From the NCBI RefSeq assembly GCF_000023965.1, contig NC_013201.1, positions 60,001 to 92,000 of the forward strand: a stretch of 32,000 nt of DNA, in the 5' to 3' direction. The notes under the pieces are model-generated. The model made no database searches. It was given only the letters and a program-made list of their open reading frames with translations, and was not told where the DNA came from. Position numbers and translations under genes: made by a program. Origin of the DNA: Halomicrobium mukohataei DSM 12286. GTDB taxonomy: Archaea; Halobacteriota; Halobacteria; Halobacteriales; Haloarculaceae. Positions 1-8,260 of this stretch are shown here, piece after piece; within the stretch, counting starts at the first letter, position 1; each line of letters opens with the position of its first letter.

Positions 1-400
1 CCAGCGTGATCGTCCGCTTCAACTCGCCTTTGACCTCGTCGAGGCCCCCGATGTCGTCCCACGTGACCTCCGTCTGGGAGATGAACGATTCGACTTGCTC
101 ACGAAAGTCCGACTCCGGCTGTTCGGCGTCCTCTGCCCCGCCGTCGCGGTTCTCGCCGATGTCCTCTTCGGAGAGGGCCTCGCCGCTCTTTAGCTTCGAG
201 ATCGACGACTCCAGTTGCTCTTTGCGGTCCGGATACGTCGTTTCCCGGATCGTTTCGAGCTCTTCCAACCGATCGAGAGACTGTGAGAACGCTTTCGCGG
301 CCTTCTCGTGGTTCTCCTGATCGAGGTGTGACTTCCCCTTCTTGAGGTACTCTTCGTACTGTTCCTGTAGGATGTCCTCTTTGTACTGTCCGAGATCCAT
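1..400 (-). CDS. MIT-domain AAA+ ATPase, Vps4/CdvC-like (N-terminal ~133 aa; gene continues beyond window start)
   Basis: My own reverse-strand translation from the ATG at 400-398 gives MDLGQYKEDILQEQYEEYLKKGKSHLDQENHEKAAKAFSQSLDRLEELETIRETTYPDRKEQLESSISKLKSG (helical, MIT-like). This is followed by an acidic linker and then ...QTEVTWDDIGGLDEVKGELKRTITL, the conserved segment that precedes Walker A in Vps4/katanin/spastin-type AAA proteins. It is absent from the ORF track because there is no stop codon inside the window. Confidence 0.7.
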   Translation of the reverse strand, partial: MDLGQYKEDILQEQYEEYLKKGKSHLDQENHEKAAKAFSQSLDRLEELETIRETTYPDRKEQLESSISKLKSGEALSEEDIGENRDGGAEDAEQPESDFREQVESFISQTEVTWDDIGGLDEVKGELKRTITL

Positions 401-436
401 AGTTACAAAATTGGGTGACGGGACGCGGTGAGCGCG

Positions 437-1057
437 TTAGCGGCCCAGCTCCTCGTTGAAGATGTTCTCACTCTCGTCTTCTTCTTTCGTGAGCTCGCTC
501 AGCGAGACCGGGTCCTCGTTGGCGTCCTGGAACAGCGTGTCGATCTCCGACTCCTCCATCGTCGCCCCGAAGTCCTGCGAGACGCTGGTGAGGGTCCGGT
601 TGAGCTGATCGCCCTTGCGCTGGATCCACTCCGTGTCCTTGTTGCGCTTCTCGATCTCGCGGACGATGTCGTTCATGAACTCCTGTACGTCTTCCTCGCT
701 CATGTCCCGGAGCGACGACTGGGGCTGCTCTTCGAGCCGCTTCTTGGCGTTTTTGGCAGCCAGCAGGGTGGTGTACTCTTCCAGCATCTCCTGCCACGCG
801 GCTTCCTTGTTCTCGTAGTCCCGCTTGAGCTGCTTGGCCTTTCGCTTCAGTCGCTCTTTTTTAGGTCCGGCGACCTTTCGCCCCTTCTCGACCAGTTGCT
901 CGAACTGGTGATCGAGCCGTTCGAGCTCCTGTTCTTTCAGCTCGATCTGCGTCTCGAAGGTTCGTGCTTCGAGGTCGAGTTCGTCGGCGTCTTTCTCCAT
1001 GAGTTCGTTCGAACTGCCGCCCCAGCTACCTGGTATCCAGTCTCTGAACTGAACCAT
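437..1057 (-). CDS. ESCRT-III/Snf7-like coiled-coil protein (206 aa with preferred start)
   Basis: ORF track 437..1081 (-). I prefer the third in-frame ATG (1057). A TATA-like box (TTTTATTA on the coding strand, 1081-1088) lies ~25 nt upstream, and this start gives MVQFRDWIPGSWGG..., parallel to the N-termini of the paralogues at 1137..1805 and 10266..10940. The N-terminal half is basic and helical (KGRKVAGPKKERLKRKAKQLKRDYENKE). The C-tail is acidic and ends EEDESENIFNEELGR. The fold call is by pattern only. Confidence 0.6.
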   Translation of the reverse strand: MVQFRDWIPGSWGGSSNELMEKDADELDLEARTFETQIELKEQELERLDHQFEQLVEKGRKVAGPKKERLKRKAKQLKRDYENKEAAWQEMLEEYTTLLAAKNAKKRLEEQPQSSLRDMSEEDVQEFMNDIVREIEKRNKDTEWIQRKGDQLNRTLTSVSQDFGATMEESEIDTLFQDANEDPVSLSELTKEEDESENIFNEELGR

Positions 1058-1115
1058 ATACGAGTACATGGTAGGCACCATAATAAAACTTTGGCACTAA
1101 ACCCACTCTACTGGA

Positions 1116-1130
1116 TCTCCATATTGGAGA
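1116..1130. promoter_or_regulatory. Palindromic motif TCTCCA-TAT-TGGAGA, copy 1 of 3
   Basis: Perfect 6+3+6 palindrome read directly from the sequence. It lies 27 nt upstream of the TATA-like box of the 437..1057 gene. The same motif occurs at 20381..20395 and 27339..27353. Confidence 0.55.
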
Positions 1131-1136
1131 AAGCTG

Positions 1137-1805
1137 CTACGAAAACTCGACGGTCTCGTCGTCGCCGTCTTCGCTCAGTACGTCGGATTCCGTTTCGATG
1201 TTCCCCACCTCTGTGGGCTCTTCGCTCACTTCTTCGTCGGTCTCGGATGTGTCGTCGCTCCACTCCTCTTCGAGTTCGGAGCCGGTGTGGAGCTGGCTCG
1301 CGCCCTCACTGAACGAGTCCAGTGCGTTCGAAGAGAGCGTATCCGTCTGACCGAGCACGTCGTGTAGCTCCTCGTTTTTCATCTCCTCTTGCTGGAACAG
1401 TCGGACCAGTTCGCTCTGGTCCATCTCCCGGAGCTGGCTCCAGTAGTCGTCGCCCCGGCTCTCGCCGATCTCCTTGATGTTCGCCAGGTTCGAGGCCAGA
1501 TTCCGCTGTTTGCTCGTCTCGTCGATCCGCCCTCTTACGGTTTCGAGCTCTTCTTTGATCTCTTCTGCGTCGCGAAGGAAGTCCTGTGCTCGCTCTTCGT
1601 TACCGGCTTCCTTCGCCGACTCGTACTTCGAGCGCTTGTCATCGAGCGCTTCTTTCAGCTCCTCTCGGCGACTCTTGAGATCGTCTAGCTTCCGTTCGGC
1701 TTCCTGTCGCTTGACCTGATGGTCCTCCTTCGGACGATCGAGCAGGTGGCCGTCGTCACTGTCGCCAAACAGTGAGCCGAACCACGACTTCACGGTAGCA
1801 AACAT
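1137..1805 (-). CDS. ESCRT-III/Snf7-like coiled-coil protein (222 aa)
   Basis: ORF track. The N-terminus is MFATVKSWFGSLFGDS. A heptad-rich segment (...KYESAKEAGNEERAQDFLRDAEEIKEELETVRGRIDE...) resembles the Snf7/CHMP helical hairpin. The C-terminal third is very acidic. An ATTTAT box (1831-1836, coding strand) lies 25 nt upstream of the ATG, consistent with a leaderless mRNA. Confidence 0.6.
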   Translation of the reverse strand: MFATVKSWFGSLFGDSDDGHLLDRPKEDHQVKRQEAERKLDDLKSRREELKEALDDKRSKYESAKEAGNEERAQDFLRDAEEIKEELETVRGRIDETSKQRNLASNLANIKEIGESRGDDYWSQLREMDQSELVRLFQQEEMKNEELHDVLGQTDTLSSNALDSFSEGASQLHTGSELEEEWSDDTSETDEEVSEEPTEVGNIETESDVLSEDGDDETVEFS

Positions 1806-1867
1806 AGTTGCTATCTTTGGTCACAGGTGCATAAATGTGCGTGCAAGTAGCTATCACGCGATGACGG

Positions 1868-1882
1868 CCGTCTCGGAGACGG
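1868..1882. promoter_or_regulatory. Perfect 15-bp palindrome CCGTCTC-G-GAGACGG upstream of the 1137..1805 gene
   Basis: Read directly from the sequence. It sits 31 nt upstream of that gene's TATA-like box, about the same offset as the TCTCCA-N3-TGGAGA copies at sites 1 and 3. Confidence 0.3.
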
Positions 1883-1994
1883 CGGCCCGGGGCTCTTCGC
1901 ACAGCGCGCGAGCTGCCCGACTCCCGGGTCGACTCCGCGACGGACGCCGCCGTCTGTCCCGGAGTGTGACATCGACGGTACGCTGCTGGCGCGA

Positions 1995-2576
1995 TCACCG
2001 AGTGACGACTTCGATCGTTCTCTCGATCACCGCCCGGTAGAACGGCCCCGGATCGTTCTCCCGGAGTCGCGCAGTGAACGGTTCGATCCACGCTCGCGGG
2101 TGTTCGTCGAGGAACTGCTCGACCGTGTCGTCGTCCTCGGTGGCGGCGAGGTAGGCGGCGAATTCGAGCTCCGTCGCGATGTGGTCCGGCGGTGCCGATC
2201 TCGAGTCCCGCAACGCCAGTCCGTACTCGGCGTACCAGCGCGCAACCGCCTGTGTCGCCGGCCCGTACACCGGACCGACGTTCTGGCCGTCGCCGTCGTG
2301 GTCGCCGTCCCGATAGACGCTCTCGTAGGGCGGGCACTGTTCGGGGCCGGGGCCGATGAACAGTCGCGTGTACTCTACGCGCAGGTCGTCCAGATCGACG
2401 GCTGCCTCGCTCTCGTCGAGCCACGCGACTGCGCCCGACTCGACGGTACCACGCAACTCCTCGGACGGCTCGCGCCAGCACACTGCCAGGGTAGCGAGGG
2501 TGTCGGCCGTCGGCCGTCTCGTCTCCTCCGTCGCGTCGTCGACCGCCGTCGCGGTGTCGTCAGTCACACCCACCAC
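1995..2576 (-). CDS. dmsD: TorD/DmsD-family redox-enzyme maturation chaperone
   Basis: 193 aa. Carries the family signatures YTRLFIGPGP...PPYESVY...PDHIATELEFAAYL. It is the last gene of the molybdoenzyme operon and overlaps the end of the membrane-anchor gene. Confidence 0.85.
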   Translation of the reverse strand: MVGVTDDTATAVDDATEETRRPTADTLATLAVCWREPSEELRGTVESGAVAWLDESEAAVDLDDLRVEYTRLFIGPGPEQCPPYESVYRDGDHDGDGQNVGPVYGPATQAVARWYAEYGLALRDSRSAPPDHIATELEFAAYLAATEDDDTVEQFLDEHPRAWIEPFTARLRENDPGPFYRAVIERTIEVVTR

Positions 2577-3888
2577 CTCCGCCGTCTGCCGGGTATCTCT
2601 CCTGTTCGGTCCGCCGCTGGAGCGGGACGTATCGGAGCCCGACGGTGACGATCAGTGCGCCGAACGCGACGATTCCCGCGGTCACCACCAACTCGATCAC
2701 CGTCGGCGTGTACACCCCCGTCGTGGCCCAGACGTCCGTCGTGACGCCCGCGTACTCGCCGCCCAGCGAGATGCCCGGCGCGGCGTCGATGTTCACACTC
2801 TCGTAGCCGGTGAACACCAGTCGAACCCCTTCGAACAGGGTGCCGAACACGGCGAGTACGCCCGCGACGAATATCACGGACAGTCGCTTCCTGAGTTGCG
2901 GTGTCGCCAACAGCACCAGCGGTATTGCCCCGCCGACGCCGGTCCAGAGCCAGAAGTAGACCGAGTCCCCGATGAGGAACTCGCTGGTGATCGCCCAGAA
3001 GCCGAAGTGGTCTGCCCAGGCGTGTGGCAGGCGCTCGGCAGCGAGGAGGTAGACGACGTGAAACGCCAGGAAGATCCCCAGCATCTTCCCCAGACTCGTC
3101 AGCTCGTCCCGGTCGGCGTCGAAGCCCGTGTAGCGGTCGGCGAGTATCGAGACCACGAGCAGGAGGCCCAGGCCGGAGACGAGCGCTTTGGCGATGAACA
3201 CCGGTGCAACGAGCGGGCTGAACCAGTCGCCGCGGCCGACCTGTGTCGCGAAGATCCAGCCGGTCACGGAGTGGAGCATCACCGCCGTCGGCAATGCGAC
3301 CGCGGCCGTCCAGAACAGCAGCGTCCGGTCCCGATCCCGGCCGGCCTGTGTGTCTTCGGCTCCGAAGGCCAGTCGCGATCCGCGGGCAGCGAGGTCTCGC
3401 CGAGTGAGCAGCCAGAGGTACCAGACGTTCAACACGCCGTACAGGACGACGATCCCGAAGTCCCAGACCATCGGCGAACGAAAGTCCGGCGACGTGAAGA
3501 ACTGGTACAGCCGCTCTGGCCGACCGATATCGGGCAGGATGAGCAGTCCTGCGACGATGATGCAGGCCAGACTCACGAGGACGCCGAGCCGTGCGAACCC
3601 CTCGTACCGGTCCGAGTGGAAGAACTTCGGCGCGCTCGAGATGATGAGCCCGCCCGCAGACAGCCCGACGAACATCACGAACAGCATGATGTACAGCCCC
3701 CAAGAGAACACGTTCCGCATCCCGGTCACGACCAGACCCTGCTGGAGCTGGTACGCCCACGCCCCGAGTCCGGCGACCAGGAGCACACCCAGGAGGCCGA
3801 GCCAGACCTTCGAAACGGTCCCGAACGAGGACACCACGGGGCTCCGCACTGTCGACGTCGCCGATCTCTCGGTCACTTCACCACTCAT
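2560..3888 (-). CDS. dmsC: NrfD/PsrC-type integral membrane anchor subunit of a molybdoenzyme
   Basis: 442 aa with many hydrophobic helices throughout. ATGA start/stop overlap with the upstream FeS-subunit gene. Its operon position matches the anchor subunit. Confidence 0.85.
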   Translation of the reverse strand: MSGEVTERSATSTVRSPVVSSFGTVSKVWLGLLGVLLVAGLGAWAYQLQQGLVVTGMRNVFSWGLYIMLFVMFVGLSAGGLIISSAPKFFHSDRYEGFARLGVLVSLACIIVAGLLILPDIGRPERLYQFFTSPDFRSPMVWDFGIVVLYGVLNVWYLWLLTRRDLAARGSRLAFGAEDTQAGRDRDRTLLFWTAAVALPTAVMLHSVTGWIFATQVGRGDWFSPLVAPVFIAKALVSGLGLLLVVSILADRYTGFDADRDELTSLGKMLGIFLAFHVVYLLAAERLPHAWADHFGFWAITSEFLIGDSVYFWLWTGVGGAIPLVLLATPQLRKRLSVIFVAGVLAVFGTLFEGVRLVFTGYESVNIDAAPGISLGGEYAGVTTDVWATTGVYTPTVIELVVTAGIVAFGALIVTVGLRYVPLQRRTEQERYPADGGGGGCD

Positions 3889-4661
3889 CAGTCATCACCC
3901 CACACTGCGTCGGCAGTAGCACGTCGCATCGATTCCTCGCTGTCGGGGTCGTCGGCCTCCTCGGGGGTCGGCTGTTCGTCGAGTTCCGATTCGAGTTCTT
4001 TGCCCTTCCAGGGCCGACCGGGTGACATCTCGCCCTGGATATAGTACGTTTTCGGATCGGTGTCCTTCTCGTCGAGCAGTCGGTTGGTATCGTATTCGGC
4101 GACGTACTTTGAGACGGTGCTCTCATCGTCGTCGAGGTCCCCGAAGATTCGGGCATCGGCAGGACAGTTTACGACACACGCGGGATCGAGTCCTTCCTCG
4201 ACGCGGTGGCTACAGAACGTACACTTCTCGACGACGCCCTGGGGCCGTTCCTCGACGTCACCAGTGCCCTCTTCGGGGCGGTGCTGTGGCTCGTCCCAGT
4301 TGAACACCCGAGCGTTGTAGGGACAGGCGGCCATGCAGTACCGGCAGCCGATGCACTTGTCGTAGTCGATCTCCACGATGCCGTCCTCGCGCTTGTACGT
4401 CGCGTTGACCGGACAGACCTTCACGCAGGGTGCGTTCTCGCAGTGCTGACAGGCCGTCGGCTGATAGCTCATCTCCAGCGTTCCGTCGTCTCCATCCTCT
4501 GGATACGAGCCTTCGGGTGTATCGATGTGATCGCCACCGACGGTCAGTACGCGATTCCAGGCCTGTCCCATCGGGACGTTATTCTCTTGCTTACAGCTCA
4601 TGGCACAGGAGTGGCAGCCGATGCAGCGCTCTTGATCGATTACGAGTCCATAATTTGTCAT
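3888..4661 (-). CDS. dmsB: 4Fe-4S ferredoxin-type electron-transfer subunit of a molybdoenzyme
   Basis: The ORF track entry 3888..4667 starts at TTG. The ATG at 4661 gives MTNYGLVIDQERCIGCHSCAMSCK... There are several CxxCxxCxxxC(P) clusters (CIGCHSCAMSC, CQHCENAPCVKVCP, CIGCRYCMAACP). Two nt separate it from the catalytic-subunit stop codon. Confidence 0.9.
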   Translation of the reverse strand: MTNYGLVIDQERCIGCHSCAMSCKQENNVPMGQAWNRVLTVGGDHIDTPEGSYPEDGDDGTLEMSYQPTACQHCENAPCVKVCPVNATYKREDGIVEIDYDKCIGCRYCMAACPYNARVFNWDEPQHRPEEGTGDVEERPQGVVEKCTFCSHRVEEGLDPACVVNCPADARIFGDLDDDESTVSKYVAEYDTNRLLDEKDTDPKTYYIQGEMSPGRPWKGKELESELDEQPTPEEADDPDSEESMRRATADAVWGDD

Positions 4662-4663
4662 TT

Positions 4664-7174
4664 TCAATCACCTCCGGCCGAGCTGCCAGCCGTACCGTGT
4701 GGATTGTCCTGCGTGTACTGGTTGGACTGGTACTCATCAGCTGCGGGTTCGACTTCTACTCTGCAATCGTAGAAGGCGAACGTGCGTCCGACTTTTGCAG
4801 TCTCCGCGGAGATCGGGTCCTGGTAGTGCCCTTCAACGAAGTCCTCGGCCCACCATCCCTGGTCCGTGTTCACAAGTCCAGGACGAATCCCCTTGTTGTA
4901 CTTCGCACGGACAACCACCGAGCCACGGTCGTTGTGGACGCGCACGTAGTCTCCATCCGAAATCCCTCTGCGCTTGGCATCTTTCGGATGAATGTCCAAC
5001 TGTGGCTCCCGGTTGACCTCTCTGAGCCATGGGACATTGGCCCACTGGGAGTGGATCCGCCACTTCGAGTGTTTTTGCATGAACACCAGTGGGTACTCAT
5101 CTTGTTTCTCCCAGTCCTCGTCGGTTCTGGCTTCTAATGGTTCCGGAACTTCAAGCGAGACCCCCTCGTCGGGCAGTCCCGGCCCCTTCTCAGTTGGCGC
5201 GTCGTCGTCGTACACCGTGATCCGACCGGATTCCGTTCCAAACTCATCGGTGTACGCGACATCCGGGGTTTCGTCAGTGGCGACCGTTCCGGTCTCTTGA
5301 AGTTGTTCCCAGGAGAGGCGGTCGTCGTTTTGTACGAACTGGTCGAGTACTTCGTGTTTGTCATCGGGGAATTTGTCTCCGTGGTCGAGTCGCTCGGCTA
5401 ACCCAGCTATGATGTAGTAGTCGTCACGGGCCTCCCAGAGTGGTTCGTGGGCCTGCTGCCGGTAACTGAGATTGGGGTGGGTGTACGTCGTGAGCAAGTC
5501 CTCAGTTTCGAACCAGTGAGCGGCCGGCAAGATAATATCCGCTTGCTGAGTCGTCGGCGTGTGGTACATGTCCGCCCACACGATGGTGTCGAGATTCTCC
5601 ATCGCGTTCAGCCAGCGGTCCCTATCCGGGAACTGGTTCCCGAGCATATTCGAGTTCATTCCGTAGAGGAACCTGGGTTGGGCGGGGCCGCCGTCCTCAA
5701 GCAGATCGAGGACGCGTTGGTACCCATACGTTTCGACACCGACCGCATCGTCTGGACTTCCCCAATCGCCTTTCTGAAGGTAAGAGCCGTTGTACGACGG
5801 GTGCTGTGCGTGGATGTTTCCGTGACGGCCGTAGTCGCCGGTCAGTGCCAGTAGCGTCGCGTAGGCCTGCCCAAACACGTGTCCGTACAGGTACCGGCCA
5901 ACACCGTAACTCGGCATAATTCCGCCTGCGCCACGAGTAGCTAACCAGTCGGCTGCCGTCTCGATGTCTTCAGCGGTCAGTCCGGCGATATCGGCTACCT
6001 TGTCCGGGGGATAGTTCGCGGCTTGTTCACGGAGCGCAACCAGGCCGGGTCGGACGGTCGTCCCATCGATGGACCACTCGCCCGTGAGCGCGAACGGACC
6101 ACCAGTTTCAGCGCCGACAACCTCTGGCTCGCCAGTTTCCTCGTTCATCACGACGACTGCGTCATCGGCAGGATCGTCGACGACCCGGCTTGGGTCAAGG
6201 AGTGTTCCGTCGTCAGTGCGGACGAGTGCTGGTGCGTTCGTCCGCTGCCGGAGGAAGGACTCGTCGTAAACCTCGTTCTCGAAGATGTAGTGCATCATCG
6301 AGAGAGCGAGGTGCGTGTCTTTTCCCGGGCGGATCGGTAACCAGAGGTCCGATTTCTCCGCCGTGTTCGTGTACATGGGGTCGACGACGACAAGCTTCGC
6401 GCCGTTGCGCTTGGCTTCGAGGACCCACTCGGCGTCCATCTGGAACTGACTCGCGAAGATGTCCGACCCCCAGATGATGATCGTCCTGGCGTTGACCCAG
6501 TCTTCAGCGGTATTCGTCGGTGGCATGAAGACGCCACCTTCGCCGGTGACTCGGTTGAAGCCCTGGCCGACGTTAGTGTCGATCCCGAAGACGAAGCTGT
6601 CCTGAATGCCACCAACCAGTTGTTTCAGGCGACCGAAGCCAGTCGTCCCACCGTCACCCGATCCGGAGTGCCAAAAAATGCCTTCCGTCCCGTGTTCGTC
6701 CTTGGTGGTCCGTATCTGTTCAGCCACTAGGTCAAGTGCCTCGTCCCAACTGATTCGCTTGAAGTCTGCGTCTTCACCACGCTTGTCGGGCTGGGGGGTA
6801 TCCGGCGACCAGCTGGCGCGTTTCATCGGGTACTTCAACCGCTTCGCGTTGTACACCCGCTGTAAGTGTGAAATGCCCAGCGTACAGCCACGCTTGAACT
6901 CAGTTGCAGCGGGCACCTGCTGCTCGACTTTCTTCACCTGCCCATCCCGAATGTAAACGTCCAGCGGACACTTCCCGCGGCAGTTCGGCGAACAGGCGGT
7001 CTTTACGACTTGATCTTCTCCGAGGAAGCTGGTGACCTGACTGGCAGCTTCTCCCGAGTCGTCGGCGGGCTGGAGCGTCGAGAGAACGCTGTCAGCGCCG
7101 CCGAGTCCGACTGCGGCGACGACACCGCTCTTCAGAACGTCCCGGCGGGACGCCGTGAACTCTTGGTCAGTCAT
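4664..7174 (-). CDS. dmsA: Molybdopterin oxidoreductase catalytic subunit, DMSO-reductase family, Tat-exported
   Basis: 836 aa. Twin-arginine signal TASRRDVLKSGVVAAVGLGGA. N-terminal Cys cluster CSPNCRGKC (Cx3Cx3C). The gene symbol is assigned by synteny with the Halobacterium dmsREABCD operon, recalled from the literature. The true substrate cannot be read from the sequence. Confidence 0.9.
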   Translation of the reverse strand: MTDQEFTASRRDVLKSGVVAAVGLGGADSVLSTLQPADDSGEAASQVTSFLGEDQVVKTACSPNCRGKCPLDVYIRDGQVKKVEQQVPAATEFKRGCTLGISHLQRVYNAKRLKYPMKRASWSPDTPQPDKRGEDADFKRISWDEALDLVAEQIRTTKDEHGTEGIFWHSGSGDGGTTGFGRLKQLVGGIQDSFVFGIDTNVGQGFNRVTGEGGVFMPPTNTAEDWVNARTIIIWGSDIFASQFQMDAEWVLEAKRNGAKLVVVDPMYTNTAEKSDLWLPIRPGKDTHLALSMMHYIFENEVYDESFLRQRTNAPALVRTDDGTLLDPSRVVDDPADDAVVVMNEETGEPEVVGAETGGPFALTGEWSIDGTTVRPGLVALREQAANYPPDKVADIAGLTAEDIETAADWLATRGAGGIMPSYGVGRYLYGHVFGQAYATLLALTGDYGRHGNIHAQHPSYNGSYLQKGDWGSPDDAVGVETYGYQRVLDLLEDGGPAQPRFLYGMNSNMLGNQFPDRDRWLNAMENLDTIVWADMYHTPTTQQADIILPAAHWFETEDLLTTYTHPNLSYRQQAHEPLWEARDDYYIIAGLAERLDHGDKFPDDKHEVLDQFVQNDDRLSWEQLQETGTVATDETPDVAYTDEFGTESGRITVYDDDAPTEKGPGLPDEGVSLEVPEPLEARTDEDWEKQDEYPLVFMQKHSKWRIHSQWANVPWLREVNREPQLDIHPKDAKRRGISDGDYVRVHNDRGSVVVRAKYNKGIRPGLVNTDQGWWAEDFVEGHYQDPISAETAKVGRTFAFYDCRVEVEPAADEYQSNQYTQDNPHGTAGSSAGGD

Positions 7175-7406
7175 CGAACCCCTCCGGTTTCGTAGGTCGT
7201 TCGTCGGTTCCGAACTCCGCTTTGACCTCCTCGTGGTACTTCTCGTGGAACTCCTGCTCGGTTAGCTCACCGTTCGTGATCTTGATGGCGTCTTCGGCCA
7301 TCCGCTTCCCGAGATCCGGATCGTATCCACACCCATCGAGGATCTCGTCGGCAACCTCGTCCCACTCTGGTATCGGCTCGTGGGCGGATCGAGATTCTTT
7401 TGTCAT
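7167..7406 (-). CDS. Small acidic protein in the dmsE position of the operon (79 aa)
   Basis: An internal ATG of track ORF 7167..7505 gives MTKESRSAHEPIPEWDEVADEILDGCGYDPDLGKRMAEDAIKITNGELTEQEFHEKYHEEVKAEF... The upstream extension is basic and non-halophilic in character. There is an 8-nt overlap (ATGACTGA) with dmsA. Confidence 0.6.
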   Translation of the reverse strand: MTKESRSAHEPIPEWDEVADEILDGCGYDPDLGKRMAEDAIKITNGELTEQEFHEKYHEEVKAEFGTDERPTKPEGFDD

Positions 7407-7533
7407 ACAGTTCAATGTCGCCGCTTCTCGTCGATATCCCTTCGTGTGAATTATGAAGCGATTCAAGTGGGGGCCGGCGAAGCCTGCTACGGACGGCCGG
7501 CACACTGATCGTCATTCTCCCGGGGGACCTCCG

Positions 7534-8205
7534 TTAGCGGCTGGTGGTAGCGTTCGCAAATGCGCTGACAGCAAGCGTCGATTCTACGGCGTTCAAACGC
7601 TGCGAGCACGCCGACTTCGAGATGCCGAGGTCATCGGCTAGCGCTTCTAGCGAGGTTTCGCGTGGCGTCGCGTAGTACCCGGCGGCGACGGCCCTCGTAA
7701 CTGCTTCACGCTGTTTTTCCGTAACGTCGTCGAGAGCGAGTGTGATGGTCTGTCCGCCCGTCTCGCCCGTTCCCGCGTCGATTCGTTTCAACTGTCGCAG
7801 GTGCAACTCACGCGTTACGTCTCTCAACGACTCGACTAACTCGGTGAGCCGGTTCCTGTCCGGGAGATACGTCTCGACGCAGACCGACTCCTCGGTCACA
7901 TCGACGATCTCCGGAATACAGTCGAACGCACCGAAGACAGCACAGAAACAGGCTCCATCGACCTCACTCGCCGAGTGAACGATGTCTGCTTCCTCGCAAC
8001 CCGGAGATACGGGAGTCTCCTCCGACTGGATCGTCATCTCGGTCTGACACTGGTCGTGCAGCAGCTGTTGTCGTACCTCGACGACGTCGCCGTCGGCGTC
8101 CTCGAACTCGTCGAGTGGACAGTCACTGTCGAGCACGGGTTTGATCTCGAAAGCGACATACAGATCCCGGCCGTCGTCTCCCTGTTTTGTCGTGGAACCT
8201 TGCAT
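7534..8205 (-). CDS. dmsR: HTH_10 (Bat-type) transcriptional regulator
   Basis: 223 aa. C-terminal HTH_10 signature LDDVTEKQREAVTRAVAAGYYATPRETSLEALADDLGISKSACSQRLNAVESTL. It lies immediately upstream of, and co-oriented with, the molybdoenzyme genes. Confidence 0.8.
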   Translation of the reverse strand: MQGSTTKQGDDGRDLYVAFEIKPVLDSDCPLDEFEDADGDVVEVRQQLLHDQCQTEMTIQSEETPVSPGCEEADIVHSASEVDGACFCAVFGAFDCIPEIVDVTEESVCVETYLPDRNRLTELVESLRDVTRELHLRQLKRIDAGTGETGGQTITLALDDVTEKQREAVTRAVAAGYYATPRETSLEALADDLGISKSACSQRLNAVESTLAVSAFANATTSR

Positions 8206-8260
8206 ATCCTATAAGTGTCTCTACAGCTAGCGTCGGTATACGAACCCGGCTGGTTCTCAC

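Noticed and set aside
6-320. A 104-aa plus-strand ORF at the left edge.
   Set aside because: It is antisense to the much better supported MIT-AAA ATPase N-terminus and has a Ser-rich, low-complexity translation.
2356-4044. Very long ORFs overlapping well-supported genes on the opposite strand or in another frame. This one is an example. Others are 428..1312 (+), 13388..14980 (-), most of 13181..14866 and 13654..15360 upstream of the internal ATGs, 17681..19735 (-), 22734..24305 (-), 24390..25742 (-), 25535..26914 (-), 28566..30827 (-) and 29197..30804 (+).
   Set aside because: Their translations are Arg/Pro/Gly/Ser-rich with no acidic bias and no recognisable motifs. This is typical of open off-frames in ~65 percent GC DNA. 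Each overlaps a gene with clear family signatures.
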